From Telluria sp. (GTDB lineage Bacteria; Pseudomonadota; Gammaproteobacteria; Burkholderiales; Burkholderiaceae_D), in contig DASRUW010000003.1 in NCBI GenBank assembly GCA_035655255.1, positions 1 to 33,648 of the forward strand: DNA of 33,648 nucleotides, written 5' to 3'. Below are positions 9,124-19,700 of this stretch, piece by piece; position 1 is the first letter of the stretch; each line of letters opens with the position of its first letter. A program made the position numbers and the translations under genes. The notes beneath the pieces were generated by a model that was not told where the DNA came from, ran no database searches, and saw only the letters and a list, made by a program, of their open reading frames with translations.

Positions 9124-9309
9124 TCAGGGAGTTGCATTGGTGATTTGCGTCTTCACCGAGGTGAACGCATCGGTCAGCCCGTCGCCGACCAGGGTCATGC
9201 CCGTCACCAGCACGGCCACGATCAAGGCTGCGATCAGGCCGTACTCGATGGCGGTGGCACCTTCCTCGTCATGCAGAAAGGCATGGAATGCGTTCTTGAT
9301 GGTCTTCAT
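9124..9309 (-). CDS. flp: Flp family type IVb/IVc pilin, 61 aa
   Basis: MKTIKNAFHAFLHDEEG/ATAIEYGLIAALI carries the canonical Flp motif; AGGAGG RBS at 9315-9320. Confidence 0.97.
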   Translation of the reverse strand: MKTIKNAFHAFLHDEEGATAIEYGLIAALIVAVLVTGMTLVGDGLTDAFTSVKTQITNATP

Positions 9310-9392
9310 CACAACCTCCTAATGAGTGGTTTGACACTAGCCCTGACGTCGGTCGGCGCCCCTCGGGACACCGGTGCCGCGCCATTGGGTTC

Positions 9393-9434
9393 ACTATAGG
9401 AATCGTGCGCCGGGAACGGGTTGAGATGCTGCAA
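9393..9434 (-). promoter_or_regulatory. Putative class II CRP/FNR-family promoter for flp
   Basis: TTGAGATGCTGCAA at 9421-9434, 22 bp upstream of minus-strand -10 TATAGT (9398-9393); centre about -41.5; no good -35. Confidence 0.5.
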
Positions 9435-9667
9435 GATTTGCCGAGTGGAAATGTCAAACCCGCCGCATTTCGGCCGGAATGTTGTCGTGCGAAAACAAAG
9501 TTTGTCCGTGCATGTGCCGCTGCGGGAACAGCGACGGTAGAATCACCTGAGGCCGCGTCGAATTTCGCGGCAACGGAATTGCCTACAAGGCAAAAACGGA
9601 TTATCCTGATTAGCTGTGCTTAAAAAAACTTAATCCTTTTCCGAACCGGCACGCACATAACGTCAGC

Positions 9668-10699
9668 ATGGATTCCCTCCTGAAACACATGGTGGACATG
9701 ACCGGCCACCGCGATCACACGATGCTCGACATCTCCGTGATTTCGGCGGTCCAGGAGCTGGCCGGCGCCTTGCGCACGCGCGTGCTGTCGATCATGACCG
9801 TGCGCGGCCGCAAGTTCGTGCGTGCGCGTGCCATCGTGACGCCCGATTGCCCGGCGCGGATGGACGAGCAGGCCGATGCCGCCGGCGAACCGCTCGAGAA
9901 TTTCGCGGCCCTGGCGCATTGCCTGGCCCAGCACGAGACCAGCGCCGAGGAAGTGAACGCGGACGACTGCCTCGTGATGTGGCTGCCGATCTGGATCGGC
10001 GACAAGGCCGACACCTGCCTCGAGATCGTGCACAAGACCCCCTACGGGCCCGACACGCAACAAGTCATCGCCGGCATCGTCAGCGTCTACCGCAATTTCC
10101 AGAACCTGCTCGACTACAGCGAGCGCGACTCGCTGACCGGATTGCTCAACCGCAAGACCTTCGACGACCAGCTGGCCAAGATGTTGCAGGCGTCGAGCGA
10201 GCAGATCGTCGTCCCCGGCCAGGAGGAGCGCCGCCATATGTCGGCCGAACAGCGCCAGTGGCTGGCGGTGGTGGACGTGGACCACTTCAAGCACGTGAAC
10301 GACCGCTTCGGCCACCTGTACGGGGACGAGGTGCTGATCCTGATCGCCAACCTGTTGCAGTCCTCCTTCCGTTCGCAGGACCGCGTGTTCCGTTTCGGCG
10401 GCGAGGAGTTCGTCGTGCTGCTGCGCTCGACGACCCTGGAAAATGCACGCAAGATCATCGATCGCTTCCGCAAGAACGTCGAAGCGCACGTCTTCCCTCA
10501 GGTGGGACAGGTGACGGTGAGTGTCGGCTTCGTGGCCATCAACGCCTACGAGGCGCCGGTGATCATCCTCGGTCATGCCGACCAGGCGCTGTACTACGCC
10601 AAGAGCAATGGCCGCAACCAAGCCTGCTACTACGACGAGCTCGTGTCGGGCGGCCAACTGCAGGCCGTCTCCTCCAACGACACCGCCGAATTCTTCTGA
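9668..10699 (+). CDS. Diguanylate cyclase (GGDEF domain, N-terminal sensory/GAF-like region), 343 aa
   Basis: DSLTGLLNR, DVDHFKHVNDRFGHLYGD, RxxD I-site (RSQD) five residues before GGEEF, and ADQALYYAKSNGRN. Confidence 0.95.
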   Translation: MDSLLKHMVDMTGHRDHTMLDISVISAVQELAGALRTRVLSIMTVRGRKFVRARAIVTPDCPARMDEQADAAGEPLENFAALAHCLAQHETSAEEVNADDCLVMWLPIWIGDKADTCLEIVHKTPYGPDTQQVIAGIVSVYRNFQNLLDYSERDSLTGLLNRKTFDDQLAKMLQASSEQIVVPGQEERRHMSAEQRQWLAVVDVDHFKHVNDRFGHLYGDEVLILIANLLQSSFRSQDRVFRFGGEEFVVLLRSTTLENARKIIDRFRKNVEAHVFPQVGQVTVSVGFVAINAYEAPVIILGHADQALYYAKSNGRNQACYYDELVSGGQLQAVSSNDTAEFF

Positions 10700-11923
10700 T
10701 TACACGGCGAGCGCCATGAACTTGAGCGGGTCCACGTTCCATTTGGACGGGGACTCGTGGCGCACGATCTTGTCGCCGCCGCCAAAGCCCAGGGCCTTGG
10801 ACAGGTCCACCGTCTCCGGCTTGATGTAGATGTTCTTCTTGGTGTGGAAGAAGACGTTCACCTTGGGCGACAGCAAGTTGCTCTCGTGCGGCTCGACCAC
10901 CACGCCCAGCCGGCCCGACTCCAGCAGCACCAGGGTGCCGACCGGATAGATGCCCACGCAGCGCATGAATTCCTGCGCGTACTGCGGGTTGAAGTGGAAC
11001 TTGCTCCACTCATAGATCTTGCGCAATGCCTCGGCCGCGGACATGCCCTTGTGGTAGCAGCGATCCGCGGTGATGGCGTCGTACACGTCGACGATGGCCG
11101 CCATTTGCGCCAGTTCCGAGATCTTGCCCTCGCCCAGCTTGTCCGGATAGCCGGAGCCGTCGCGCCGCTCGTGGTGGTGCAGCGTGATGTCGAGCGGCAC
11201 CGGGCCGATCTCCGGCGTCTTGAGCAGGATGTCGTAGCCATCCTTCGGGTGCTTCTTGATGATCGCGAATTCCTCGTCCGTCAGCGGGCCCGGCTTGTTG
11301 AGCACCTGGTCCGGCACCAGCGCCTTGCCCGTATCGTGGAGCAAGCCGCCCAGGCCGGCCTGATAGGTCGTGTCCGCATCCAGCCCGCGCGAGCGGCAGA
11401 AGGCCACCAGCAGCGCGCACACGGACACGGAATGGAGGAAGGTATAGTCGTCCGCGGTCTTGATCCGCAGCAAACCGGTCAGCGCGCCGGGGTTGCGCAG
11501 GATCGATGCGGTAATATTCTCGACCATCGGCGAGACCTGCTCGACGTGCACCGCCTTGCCCAGACGCGCATCCTGCATGACGGTGCGCACCAGGCCGGAC
11601 GCCTGATGGCGGATCACGGCGGCGCGCTTGAGCTCCTCGCCCAACGGCACCCGCAGCGGCACGGCCGGCTTGGCGGCCAGCTCGACGATTTCCTTCTCGG
11701 TCTGGGCGCGCGCCTCGGCCACGGTCGGCGCGTCCTGCACGTCCAGTCCCCGCGAGGCGTCGATCGTGACATCATGGATGCCTGCGCCGATGATCTTGCG
11801 GATCTCCTCGTCCTTGGTGATCAGGAAGCGGTTGCGCACAAAAGGATGCGTCATCCAGTCGCAACTGAGGTCGTGGATATACATCCCGACTTTCAACTGG
11901 GAGGAGTCGACTTTCTTGAGCAT
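10700..11923 (-). CDS. HD-GYP c-di-GMP phosphodiesterase with DUF3391-like N-terminus, 407 aa
   Basis: LKVGMYI...W..HPF N-terminus; HSVSV, LLHDTGK, HHERRDGSGYP and DVYDAIT..R.Y motifs intact. Confidence 0.93.
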   Translation of the reverse strand: MLKKVDSSQLKVGMYIHDLSCDWMTHPFVRNRFLITKDEEIRKIIGAGIHDVTIDASRGLDVQDAPTVAEARAQTEKEIVELAAKPAVPLRVPLGEELKRAAVIRHQASGLVRTVMQDARLGKAVHVEQVSPMVENITASILRNPGALTGLLRIKTADDYTFLHSVSVCALLVAFCRSRGLDADTTYQAGLGGLLHDTGKALVPDQVLNKPGPLTDEEFAIIKKHPKDGYDILLKTPEIGPVPLDITLHHHERRDGSGYPDKLGEGKISELAQMAAIVDVYDAITADRCYHKGMSAAEALRKIYEWSKFHFNPQYAQEFMRCVGIYPVGTLVLLESGRLGVVVEPHESNLLSPKVNVFFHTKKNIYIKPETVDLSKALGFGGGDKIVRHESPSKWNVDPLKFMALAV

Positions 11924-12027
11924 GGCGTGGAAGAGTTGAGATGTGGAAAATGCTGACTGTCAGTATAGCGATAAAGATTTCCCAATAGGATTAATTTCTT
12001 TGCGTTAATAATCAACCAATCTTGCCA

Positions 12028-12960
12028 ATGGAATTTCGCCAGCTCCGTTATTTTGTCGCGATCGTCGACCACGGCTCCCTGTCCAAGGCCGCCGGGGTGC
12101 TGCACGTCGCCCAGCCGGCGCTGACCCAGCAGCTGCGCCACCTCGAGGACGAGCTCGGCGCGCAGCTGCTGCACCGCTCGGCGCAGGGCGTGCAATGCAC
12201 GGACGCGGGCAAGGTGTTCTACGAGCATGCCCACGCCATCCTCAAGCAGGTGGCGGACGCGCGCTCGGCCGTGGTGCAGTCGAGCACGCGGCCATCGGGC
12301 GCCGTGTCGTTGGGTTTACCCCACAGCATTTCCGGGGCCCTGGCCCTGCCCCTGCTGCGCGCCGCGCGCCAGCGCTTTCCCGAGATCCAGCTCCAGCTCA
12401 CGGAAGAGATTTCCGGCAACCTCATCGAACAGCTCAAGTCCGGGCGCCTGAACCTGGCCGTGCTGTTCGACGACGGCCAGCTGACCCAGTTCGAGGCCCA
12501 GCCTCTGGTCGAGGAGACCATGGCCTTCATCTGCCGCGCCGGCTCGGAATGGGCGCCGACCGAGCGCGCCATGCCTTTCCCGCAGGCGCTGCAGGCGCCC
12601 CTGATCCTGCCCGCCCAGCAGCAGGGCGTGCGCCCGCGCATCGAAAGCGTGGCGCGCGCGGCCGGCATCGCACTGGGCGACGTCATCGAGATCAATTCGC
12701 TGGCCATCCTGCGCTCGGCCCTGCTGGCCGACATGGGCGCGACCATCCTGCCGGTGGCCCCGGTGCTGGCCGATGTCGTGGCCGGGCGGCTGTCGGCCAC
12801 GCCCATCGTCAGTCCGACCGTGTTCCGTTCGGTGGCCCTGTGCGCATCCCGCAACATTCCGCTGACCACGGCGGCGCGCGCCGTGCGCCAGCTGGCCCTG
12901 GACGTGACATCCGCGTTGTGCGCCGACGGCAGCTGGCGCGGCGCCCGGCTGATCGCCTGA
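12028..12960 (+). CDS. LysR-family transcriptional regulator (Nac/TcuR-like)
   Basis: MEFRQLRYFVAIVDHGSLSKAAGVLHVAQPALTQQLRHLEDELG helix-turn-helix; 310 aa from ATG 12028. Confidence 0.95.
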   Translation: MEFRQLRYFVAIVDHGSLSKAAGVLHVAQPALTQQLRHLEDELGAQLLHRSAQGVQCTDAGKVFYEHAHAILKQVADARSAVVQSSTRPSGAVSLGLPHSISGALALPLLRAARQRFPEIQLQLTEEISGNLIEQLKSGRLNLAVLFDDGQLTQFEAQPLVEETMAFICRAGSEWAPTERAMPFPQALQAPLILPAQQQGVRPRIESVARAAGIALGDVIEINSLAILRSALLADMGATILPVAPVLADVVAGRLSATPIVSPTVFRSVALCASRNIPLTTAARAVRQLALDVTSALCADGSWRGARLIA

Positions 12961-12972
12961 CCGGCGCAGCGT

Positions 12973-13039
12973 GGCATCAGTTTTTCTTATGCCTCCATCC
13001 CAATTCCCTATCACTGCGCGATACCCACACGCGTAGAAT
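12973..13039 (+). promoter_or_regulatory. LysR-type recognition site and -10 element upstream of the oxidoreductase gene
   Basis: GGCAT-N11-ATGCC palindrome (12973-12993, T-N11-A core) centred about 63 bp upstream of the start implied by -10 TAGAAT (13034-13039). Confidence 0.6.
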
Positions 13040-13133
13040 TTGACCTATCCCAATTCCGCCGCCAAGGTCCCGCCCTTACCCAGGGCCGGCGCGACCAGCC
13101 GCGGCGAATTTCCGAACATCCTTTGGAGACGCC

Positions 13134-16100
13134 ATGCAGCTCGACCCCGCGTCGCGCCTGACCTCGGTCAGCCTCGACGACAAGTACACCGCCACGTCCG
13201 GCAATATCTTCCTCTCCGGTATCCAAGCCCTGGTCCGCCTGCCGCTCATGCAGCGCGTGCGCGACGAGGCGGCGGGCCTGAACACGGCCGGCTTCATCTC
13301 CGGCTACCGCGGCTCCCCGCTGGGCGGCCTGGACGAGACCCTGTGGAAGGCCAAGGGCTTCCTCGAAGCCAGGCACGTCCAGTTCGTGCCCGGCGTGAAC
13401 GAGGACCTGGCCGCCACCGCCGTCTGGGGCACCCAGACCGTGGACCTGATCGGCCCGGCCAAGTACGACGGCGTGTTCGCCATGTGGTACGGCAAGGGCC
13501 CGGGCGTGGACCGCTGCGGCGACGTCTTCAAGCACATGAACCACGCCGGCACCGCCAGGCATGGCGGCGTGCTGCTGGTGGCGGGCGACGACCACGGCGC
13601 CTATTCCTCCACCCTGCCGCACCAGTCCGACCACATCTTCTCGGCCTGCATGATCCCCGTGCTCTATCCCTGCAACGTGCAGGAATACCTGGACCTGGGC
13701 GTGCACGGCTGGGCCATGTCGCGCTTTTCCGGCTGCGCCGTCGCCTTCAAGGCGCTGGCCGACACGGTCGAATCCTCCGCCTCGGTGGACGCCGACCCGT
13801 TCCGCGTGCAGGTCAAGCTGCCGCAGGACTTCCAGATGCCCGAAGGCGGCCTGAATATCCGCCTGTCCAGCGACCCGCTCGGCCTGCAGGCGCGCAAGCA
13901 GGAAGCGCTGATGCAGGACTACAAGATCTACGCGGCCCTGGCCTACGCCCGCGAGAACAAGCTCAACCACACCACCATCGACAGCCCCAACGCCAAGCTG
14001 GGCATCATCGCCTCCGGCAAGTCCTACCTCGACGTGCTGGACGCCCTGCAGGACCTGGGCATCGACGCCGAGCTGGCCGCCAAGGCCGGCCTGCGCGTGT
14101 ACAAGGTCGCCATGCCCTGGCCGCTGGAGCCGGACGGCGTGCGCGAATTCGCGCAAGGCCTGGACGAGATCCTCGTGGTCGAGGAAAAGCGCCAGATGGT
14201 CGAGTACCAGCTCAAGGAACAGCTCTACAACTGGCGCGACGACGTGCGTCCCCACATCGTCGGCAAGTTCGACGACAAGGGCGAGTGGGTGGCGCCGCGC
14301 GGCGAATGGCTGCTCGCGCCCAAGGCCGACTTCAGCGTCTCGCAGGTGGCGCGCGTGATCGCCGGCCGCCTGCGCAACTTCATCACCGACCAGGCCATCC
14401 TGGACCAGATCGCGGCGCGCATCGGCTTCCTGGACGCGAAGGACGCCGTGCTGCAGAAGGCCATCTCCACGCCCTTCCGCCCCGCCTTCTACTGCTCCGG
14501 CTGCCCGCACAACACCTCGACCAAGGTGCCGGAAGGCTCGTTCGCGCTGGCCGGCATCGGCTGCCACGTGATGGCCACGTCGATCTACCCGGAGATGAAC
14601 AAGCTGACCACCCACATGGGCGGCGAAGGCGCGCCGTGGATCGGCCAGGCCGCGTTCTCCAAGGTGCCGCACGTGTTCCAGAACCTGGGCGACGGCACCT
14701 ACTTCCACTCCGGCTACCTCGCGATCCGCGCCGCGGTGTCGGCCAAGGTGAACATCACCTACAAGATCCTGTACAACGACGCCGTCGCCATGACCGGCGG
14801 CCAGCCCGTGGACGGCACCACCTCTGTGCCGATGATCGCGCAGCAGATGGCGGCCGAAGGCGTCAAGCGCATCGCCCTCGTCACCGAAGACCTGTCGCGC
14901 TACGAAGACCCGAGCGCCCTGCCCGAGAACGTCACCCTGCACGACCGCAAGGAGATGGACGCGGTCCAGCGCGAACTGCGCGAGCTGCGCGGCGTCACCG
15001 TCATCATCTACGACCAGACCTGCGCCGCCGAAAAGCGCCGCCGCCGCAAGAAGGGCCAGTTCCCCGACCCGGACAAGCGCATGGTGATCAACGAAGCCGT
15101 GTGCGAAGGCTGCGGCGACTGCGGCATCCAGTCCAACTGCGTGTCGATCCTGCCGAAGGAGACGGAATTCGGCCGCAAGCGCAGCATCGACCAGAGTTCC
15201 TGCAACAAGGACTACTCCTGCGTGAAGGGCTTCTGCCCGTCCTTCGTGACGGTGGAGGGCGGTACCCTGAAGAAGTCCAAGACCGGCGCCGGCAAGGACG
15301 ACGACGGCTGGGGCGCGCTGCCCGAGCCGGTCCTGCCCTCGATCGCCCAGCCCTACAACATCCTCATCAACGGCATCGGCGGCACCGGCGTGATCACGGT
15401 CGGCGCCCTGATGGGCATGGCCGCCCACCTCGAAGGCAAGGGCGCCTCCGTGCTGGACATGACCGGCATGAGCCAGAAGAACGGCTCCGTCACCTCGCAC
15501 GTGAAGATCGCCCAGACCCCGGCCCACCTGCGCGCCCAGCGCATCGCCACCGGCGAAGCGGACCTGGTGCTCGGCTGCGACATGCTGACCACCGGCGCCC
15601 AGGACGCCATCTCCAAGATGCGTCCCGGCCGCACCACCGTGGTCGTGAACCTGCACCAGCAGCCGCCCGGCACTTTCGCCCAGCAGCCGGACTGGCAGTA
15701 TCCGGCCGAGGACACGCGCGCCCTGATCGCCGAATCGGCCGGCGCCGCCGCCGACTTCATCGACGCGACCCGCCTCGCCACCGCGCTGATGGGCGACTCG
15801 ATCGCCGCCAACCTGTTCATGCTCGGCTACGCCTGGCAGAAGGGCCGCGTCCCGCTGACCGAGGCCGCGCTCCTGCGCGCCATCGAATTGAACGGCGTGG
15901 CCATCGCCTCCAACAAGCGCAGCTTCCTGTGGGGCCGCCGCGCCGCCGTGGACTTGAAGCGCGTCGAAAAGACCGCGATCCCGGCCCAGGCCGTGGTGGT
16001 GCAGATGCCGCAGTCGCTCGACGCCGTGATCAACAAGCGCGTCGAGTTCCTGACCGGCTACCAGGACGCCGCCTACGCCGCGCAATACCAGGAGCTGGTG

Positions 16101-16658
16101 GCCAAGGTGCGCGCGGCCGAAAGCGCCTTCGGCGCCGGTACGAAACTGTCGCTCGCCGTGGCCAGGTCCTACGCCAAGCTGCTGGCCTACAAGGACGAAT
16201 ACGAGGTGGCCCGCCTGTACACGGACGGCCGTTTCGTGGAGCAGCTGCAGCAGCAGTTCGAGGGCAGCTTCTCGCTCAAGTTCAACCTGGCCCCGCCCCT
16301 GTTCGCGAAAAAGGATGCGCAAGGCCGCCTGGTGAAGGCCGAATACGGTTCCTGGATGTGGAAGGCGTTCAAGCTGCTGGCCAGGCTGAAAGGCCTGCGC
16401 GGCACGGTTTTCGACCCGTTCGGCTACACGGCGGAGCGCCGCATGGAGCGCGCCCTGGTCGGCGAATACCGCCAGCTGGTCGAAAGCCTGCTGCCGCGCC
16501 TGACGGCGCATAACCTGGCGCTGGCGGCCGAACTGGCCGCCCTGCCCGAGCAGATCCGCGGCTTCGGCCACGTCAAGGAGCAGGCCGTGGAGCGCTACCG
16601 CGCTCGTGTGGCCGAGCTCAAGGGCGAATTCGCCACGCTGCGCCGCCAGGCGGCCTGA
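13134..16658 (+). CDS. Indolepyruvate:ferredoxin oxidoreductase-family protein (fused alpha/beta), 1174 aa
   Basis: SGYRGSPLGG, NEDLAATAVWG, CSGCPHN, TPP motif GDGTYFHSG...N, Fe-S motifs CEGCGDC and CNKDYSC...CP, GIGGTGV, AYKDEYEVARL, IRGFGHVK. Confidence 0.95.
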   Translation: MQLDPASRLTSVSLDDKYTATSGNIFLSGIQALVRLPLMQRVRDEAAGLNTAGFISGYRGSPLGGLDETLWKAKGFLEARHVQFVPGVNEDLAATAVWGTQTVDLIGPAKYDGVFAMWYGKGPGVDRCGDVFKHMNHAGTARHGGVLLVAGDDHGAYSSTLPHQSDHIFSACMIPVLYPCNVQEYLDLGVHGWAMSRFSGCAVAFKALADTVESSASVDADPFRVQVKLPQDFQMPEGGLNIRLSSDPLGLQARKQEALMQDYKIYAALAYARENKLNHTTIDSPNAKLGIIASGKSYLDVLDALQDLGIDAELAAKAGLRVYKVAMPWPLEPDGVREFAQGLDEILVVEEKRQMVEYQLKEQLYNWRDDVRPHIVGKFDDKGEWVAPRGEWLLAPKADFSVSQVARVIAGRLRNFITDQAILDQIAARIGFLDAKDAVLQKAISTPFRPAFYCSGCPHNTSTKVPEGSFALAGIGCHVMATSIYPEMNKLTTHMGGEGAPWIGQAAFSKVPHVFQNLGDGTYFHSGYLAIRAAVSAKVNITYKILYNDAVAMTGGQPVDGTTSVPMIAQQMAAEGVKRIALVTEDLSRYEDPSALPENVTLHDRKEMDAVQRELRELRGVTVIIYDQTCAAEKRRRRKKGQFPDPDKRMVINEAVCEGCGDCGIQSNCVSILPKETEFGRKRSIDQSSCNKDYSCVKGFCPSFVTVEGGTLKKSKTGAGKDDDGWGALPEPVLPSIAQPYNILINGIGGTGVITVGALMGMAAHLEGKGASVLDMTGMSQKNGSVTSHVKIAQTPAHLRAQRIATGEADLVLGCDMLTTGAQDAISKMRPGRTTVVVNLHQQPPGTFAQQPDWQYPAEDTRALIAESAGAAADFIDATRLATALMGDSIAANLFMLGYAWQKGRVPLTEAALLRAIELNGVAIASNKRSFLWGRRAAVDLKRVEKTAIPAQAVVVQMPQSLDAVINKRVEFLTGYQDAAYAAQYQELVAKVRAAESAFGAGTKLSLAVARSYAKLLAYKDEYEVARLYTDGRFVEQLQQQFEGSFSLKFNLAPPLFAKKDAQGRLVKAEYGSWMWKAFKLLARLKGLRGTVFDPFGYTAERRMERALVGEYRQLVESLLPRLTAHNLALAAELAALPEQIRGFGHVKEQAVERYRARVAELKGEFATLRRQAA

Positions 16659-16667
16659 CGGATCGCC

Positions 16668-16693
16668 TTACGTTAACGTAAACGTCATATAAT
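16668..16693 (+). promoter_or_regulatory. LiuR-type (MerR family) operator adjoining a perfect -10 upstream of icmF
   Basis: Perfect 14-bp palindrome TTACGTTAACGTAA (16668-16681), extended by AACGTCA, then TATAAT (16688-16693); matches the TTACGTwwACGTAA LiuR motif. Confidence 0.8.
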
Positions 16694-16728
16694 CGGGAAA
16701 TTCCCTCCGCACCGGATTTGTGCCCATC

Positions 16729-19700
16729 ATGAACGACATCACGAACGCCACCAAGCTCGCCACCCCCGAGCAGAAAGCGACCACCAACAAGGTCCGCTTC
16801 GTCACCGCCGCGTCCCTGTTCGACGGCCACGACGCCTCGATCAACATCATGCGCCGCATCCTGCAGTCGAACGGCGTGGAAGTCATCCACCTGGGGCACA
16901 ACCGCTCGGTGGACGAAGTGGTCACCGCGGCCCTGGCCGAGGACGTGCAGGGCATCGCCGTGTCGTCCTACCAGGGCGGCCACGTCGAATACTTCAAGTA
17001 CATGATCGACCTGCTGCGCGAGCGCGGCGGCGCCCACATCAAGGTGTTCGGCGGCGGCGGCGGCGTGATCGTCCCGGCCGAGATCGAGGAGCTGCATGCC
17101 TATGGCGTGACCCGCATCTTCAGCCCGGAGGACGGCCAGCGCATGGGCCTGGTCGGCATGATCCGCTCGATGGTGGAAGCCTGCGACGTCGACCTGTCTT
17201 CGTATTCCCCGACCACGCTGGAGCCGCTGCAGACGGGCGACGTGGCCGCGCGCCACCGCCCGCTGGCCCAGCTCATCACCGCGCTGGAAAACGGCAAGGC
17301 TTCCCCCGGCCTGATCAAGCAGATCCACGACGCGGCCGAAGGGCTCAAGGTGCCGACCCTCGGCATCACCGGCACCGGCGGCGCCGGCAAGTCCTCGCTC
17401 ACCGATGAACTGATCCGCCGCATCCGCCTGGACCAGGGCGACGCGCTCAACATCGCCGTGATCTCGATCGACCCGTCGCGCCGCAAGTCCGGCGGCGCCC
17501 TGCTCGGCGACCGGATCCGCATGAACGCCATCGGCCCCTGGAACGGCAAGCGCCACGTCTACATGCGCTCCCTCGCCACGCGCGAGGCGGGCTCCGAGAT
17601 TTCGCAGGCCCTGCCGGACGTGATCGCGGCCTGCAAGGTGGCCGGCTTCGACCTGGTGATCGTCGAGACCTCGGGCATCGGCCAGGGCGACGCCGCCATC
17701 GTGCCGCACGTGGACGTCTCGATGTACGTGATGACGCCGGAATTCGGCGCCGCCTCGCAGCTCGAGAAGATCGACATGATCGACTTCGCCGATTTCATCG
17801 CCATCAACAAGTTCGACCGCAAGGGCGCGCAGGACGCGCTGCGCGACGTGGCCAAGCAGTACCAGCGCAACCGCGAGCTGTTCTCCAAGCGTCCCGAGGA
17901 GATGCCGGTCTACGGCACCCAGGCGTCGCGCTTCAACGACGACGGCGTGACCGCGTTGTACCAGGGCCTGCTGCCCAAGCTGGCGGAATTCGGCCTCAAG
18001 GCCGGCCCCGGCCAGCTGCCCGTGGTGGACGTGCGCCACTCGAGCGGCAAGAACGTGATCGTGCCGCCGGCCCGCGCCCGCTACCTGGCCGAGATTTCGG
18101 ACACCGTGCGCCACTACCACAAGCACACCGGCAAGCAGGTCAAGCTGGCGCGCGAACGCCAGCAGCTGACCGAAGCCAAGCGCATGCTGGCCGCCGCGTC
18201 GAAGCCTGCGGACTTCGACGACCTGATCACCGAGCGTGACCATGCGCTCGACCCGGCCGCGCGCAAGCTGCTGCAGATGTGGCCCGACATGCAGGCCGCG
18301 TACTCCGGCGACGACTACGTGGTGAAGATCCGCGACAAGGAGATCCGCACCCGTCTGGTGCAGCAGACCCTGTCCGGCACCAAGATCCGCAAGGTGTCGC
18401 TGCCCAGGTTCGAGGACCACGGCGAAGTGCTGCGCTGGCTGATGCTGGAGAACGTTCCCGGCTCCTTCCCCTACACCGCCGGCGTGTTCGCCTTCAAGCG
18501 CGAGGGCGAGGACCCGACCCGCATGTTCGCCGGCGAAGGCGACGCCTTCCGCACCAACCGCCGCTTCAAGCTGGTCTCGGAAGGCATGGAGGCCAAGCGC
18601 CTGTCCACCGCGTTCGACTCCGTGACCCTGTACGGCGCCGACCCGGCCCTGCGTCCGGACATCTACGGCAAGGTGGGCAACTCCGGCGTGTCCATCGCCA
18701 CCCTGGACGACATGAAGGTGCTGTACGACGGCTTCAACCTGTGCAGCCCGAACACCTCGGTCTCGATGACCATCAACGGCCCGGCGCCGACCATCCTGGC
18801 GATGTTCATGAACACCGCCATCGACCAGCAGGTCGAGCGCTTCGTGGAAGAGAACAAGCGCCAGCCGACCGACGACGAGGCGGCCAAGATCCGCGCCTGG
18901 GTGCTGCAGAACGTGCGCGGCACGGTGCAGGCCGACATCCTCAAGGAAGACCAGGGCCAGAATACCTGCATCTTCTCGACCGAGTTCTCGCTCAAGGTGA
19001 TGGGCGACATCCAGGAGTACTTCGTGCACCACCAGGTGCGCAACTTCTACTCGGTGTCGATCTCCGGCTACCACATCGCCGAAGCGGGCGCGAACCCGAT
19101 CTCGCAGCTGGCCTTCACGCTGTCGAACGGATTCACCTTCGTCGAAGCCTACCTCGCGCGCGGCATGCACATCGACGACTTCGCGCCCAATCTCTCGTTC
19201 TTCTTCTCGAACGGCATGGACCCGGAGTACACGGTGCTGGGCCGCGTGGCGCGCCGCATCTGGGCCGTGGCCATGCGCGACAAATACGGCGCCAACGAGC
19301 GCTCGCAGAAGCTCAAGTACCACATCCAGACCTCGGGCCGCTCGCTGCACGCGCAGGAGATCGACTTCAACGACATCCGCACCACGCTGCAGGCCCTGAT
19401 CGCGATCTACGACAACTGCAATTCGCTGCACACCAACGCCTACGACGAGGCGATCACCACGCCGACCGACGAATCGGTGCGCCGCGCGCTGGCCATCCAG
19501 CTGATCATCAACCGCGAATGGGGCCTGGCCAAGAACGAGAACCCGAACCAGGGTTCCTTCATCGTCGAGGAGCTGACCGACCTGGTGGAAGAAGCGGTGC
19601 TGCAGGAGTTCGAGCGCATCGCCGAGCGCGGCGGCGTGCTGGGCGCGATGGAGACCGGCTACCAGCGTGGCCGCATCCAGGAAGAGTCGATGCTGTACGA

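Noticed and set aside
9328-9460. 9-bp inverted repeat GGTTTGACA / TGTCAAACC flanking the flp promoter (fimS-like invertible switch?)
   Set aside because: A 9-bp match in about 300 bp is plausible by chance and no recombinase gene is in the window; read mapping showing both orientations would revive it.
9313-9667. Possible c-di-GMP riboswitch or sigma54 promoter between flp and the diguanylate cyclase
   Set aside because: No GEMM-like GGCAAAC...GAAA...GACGCAAAGC core found on either strand; the GG...TTGC candidate has GG-N8-GC rather than GG-N10-GC spacing.
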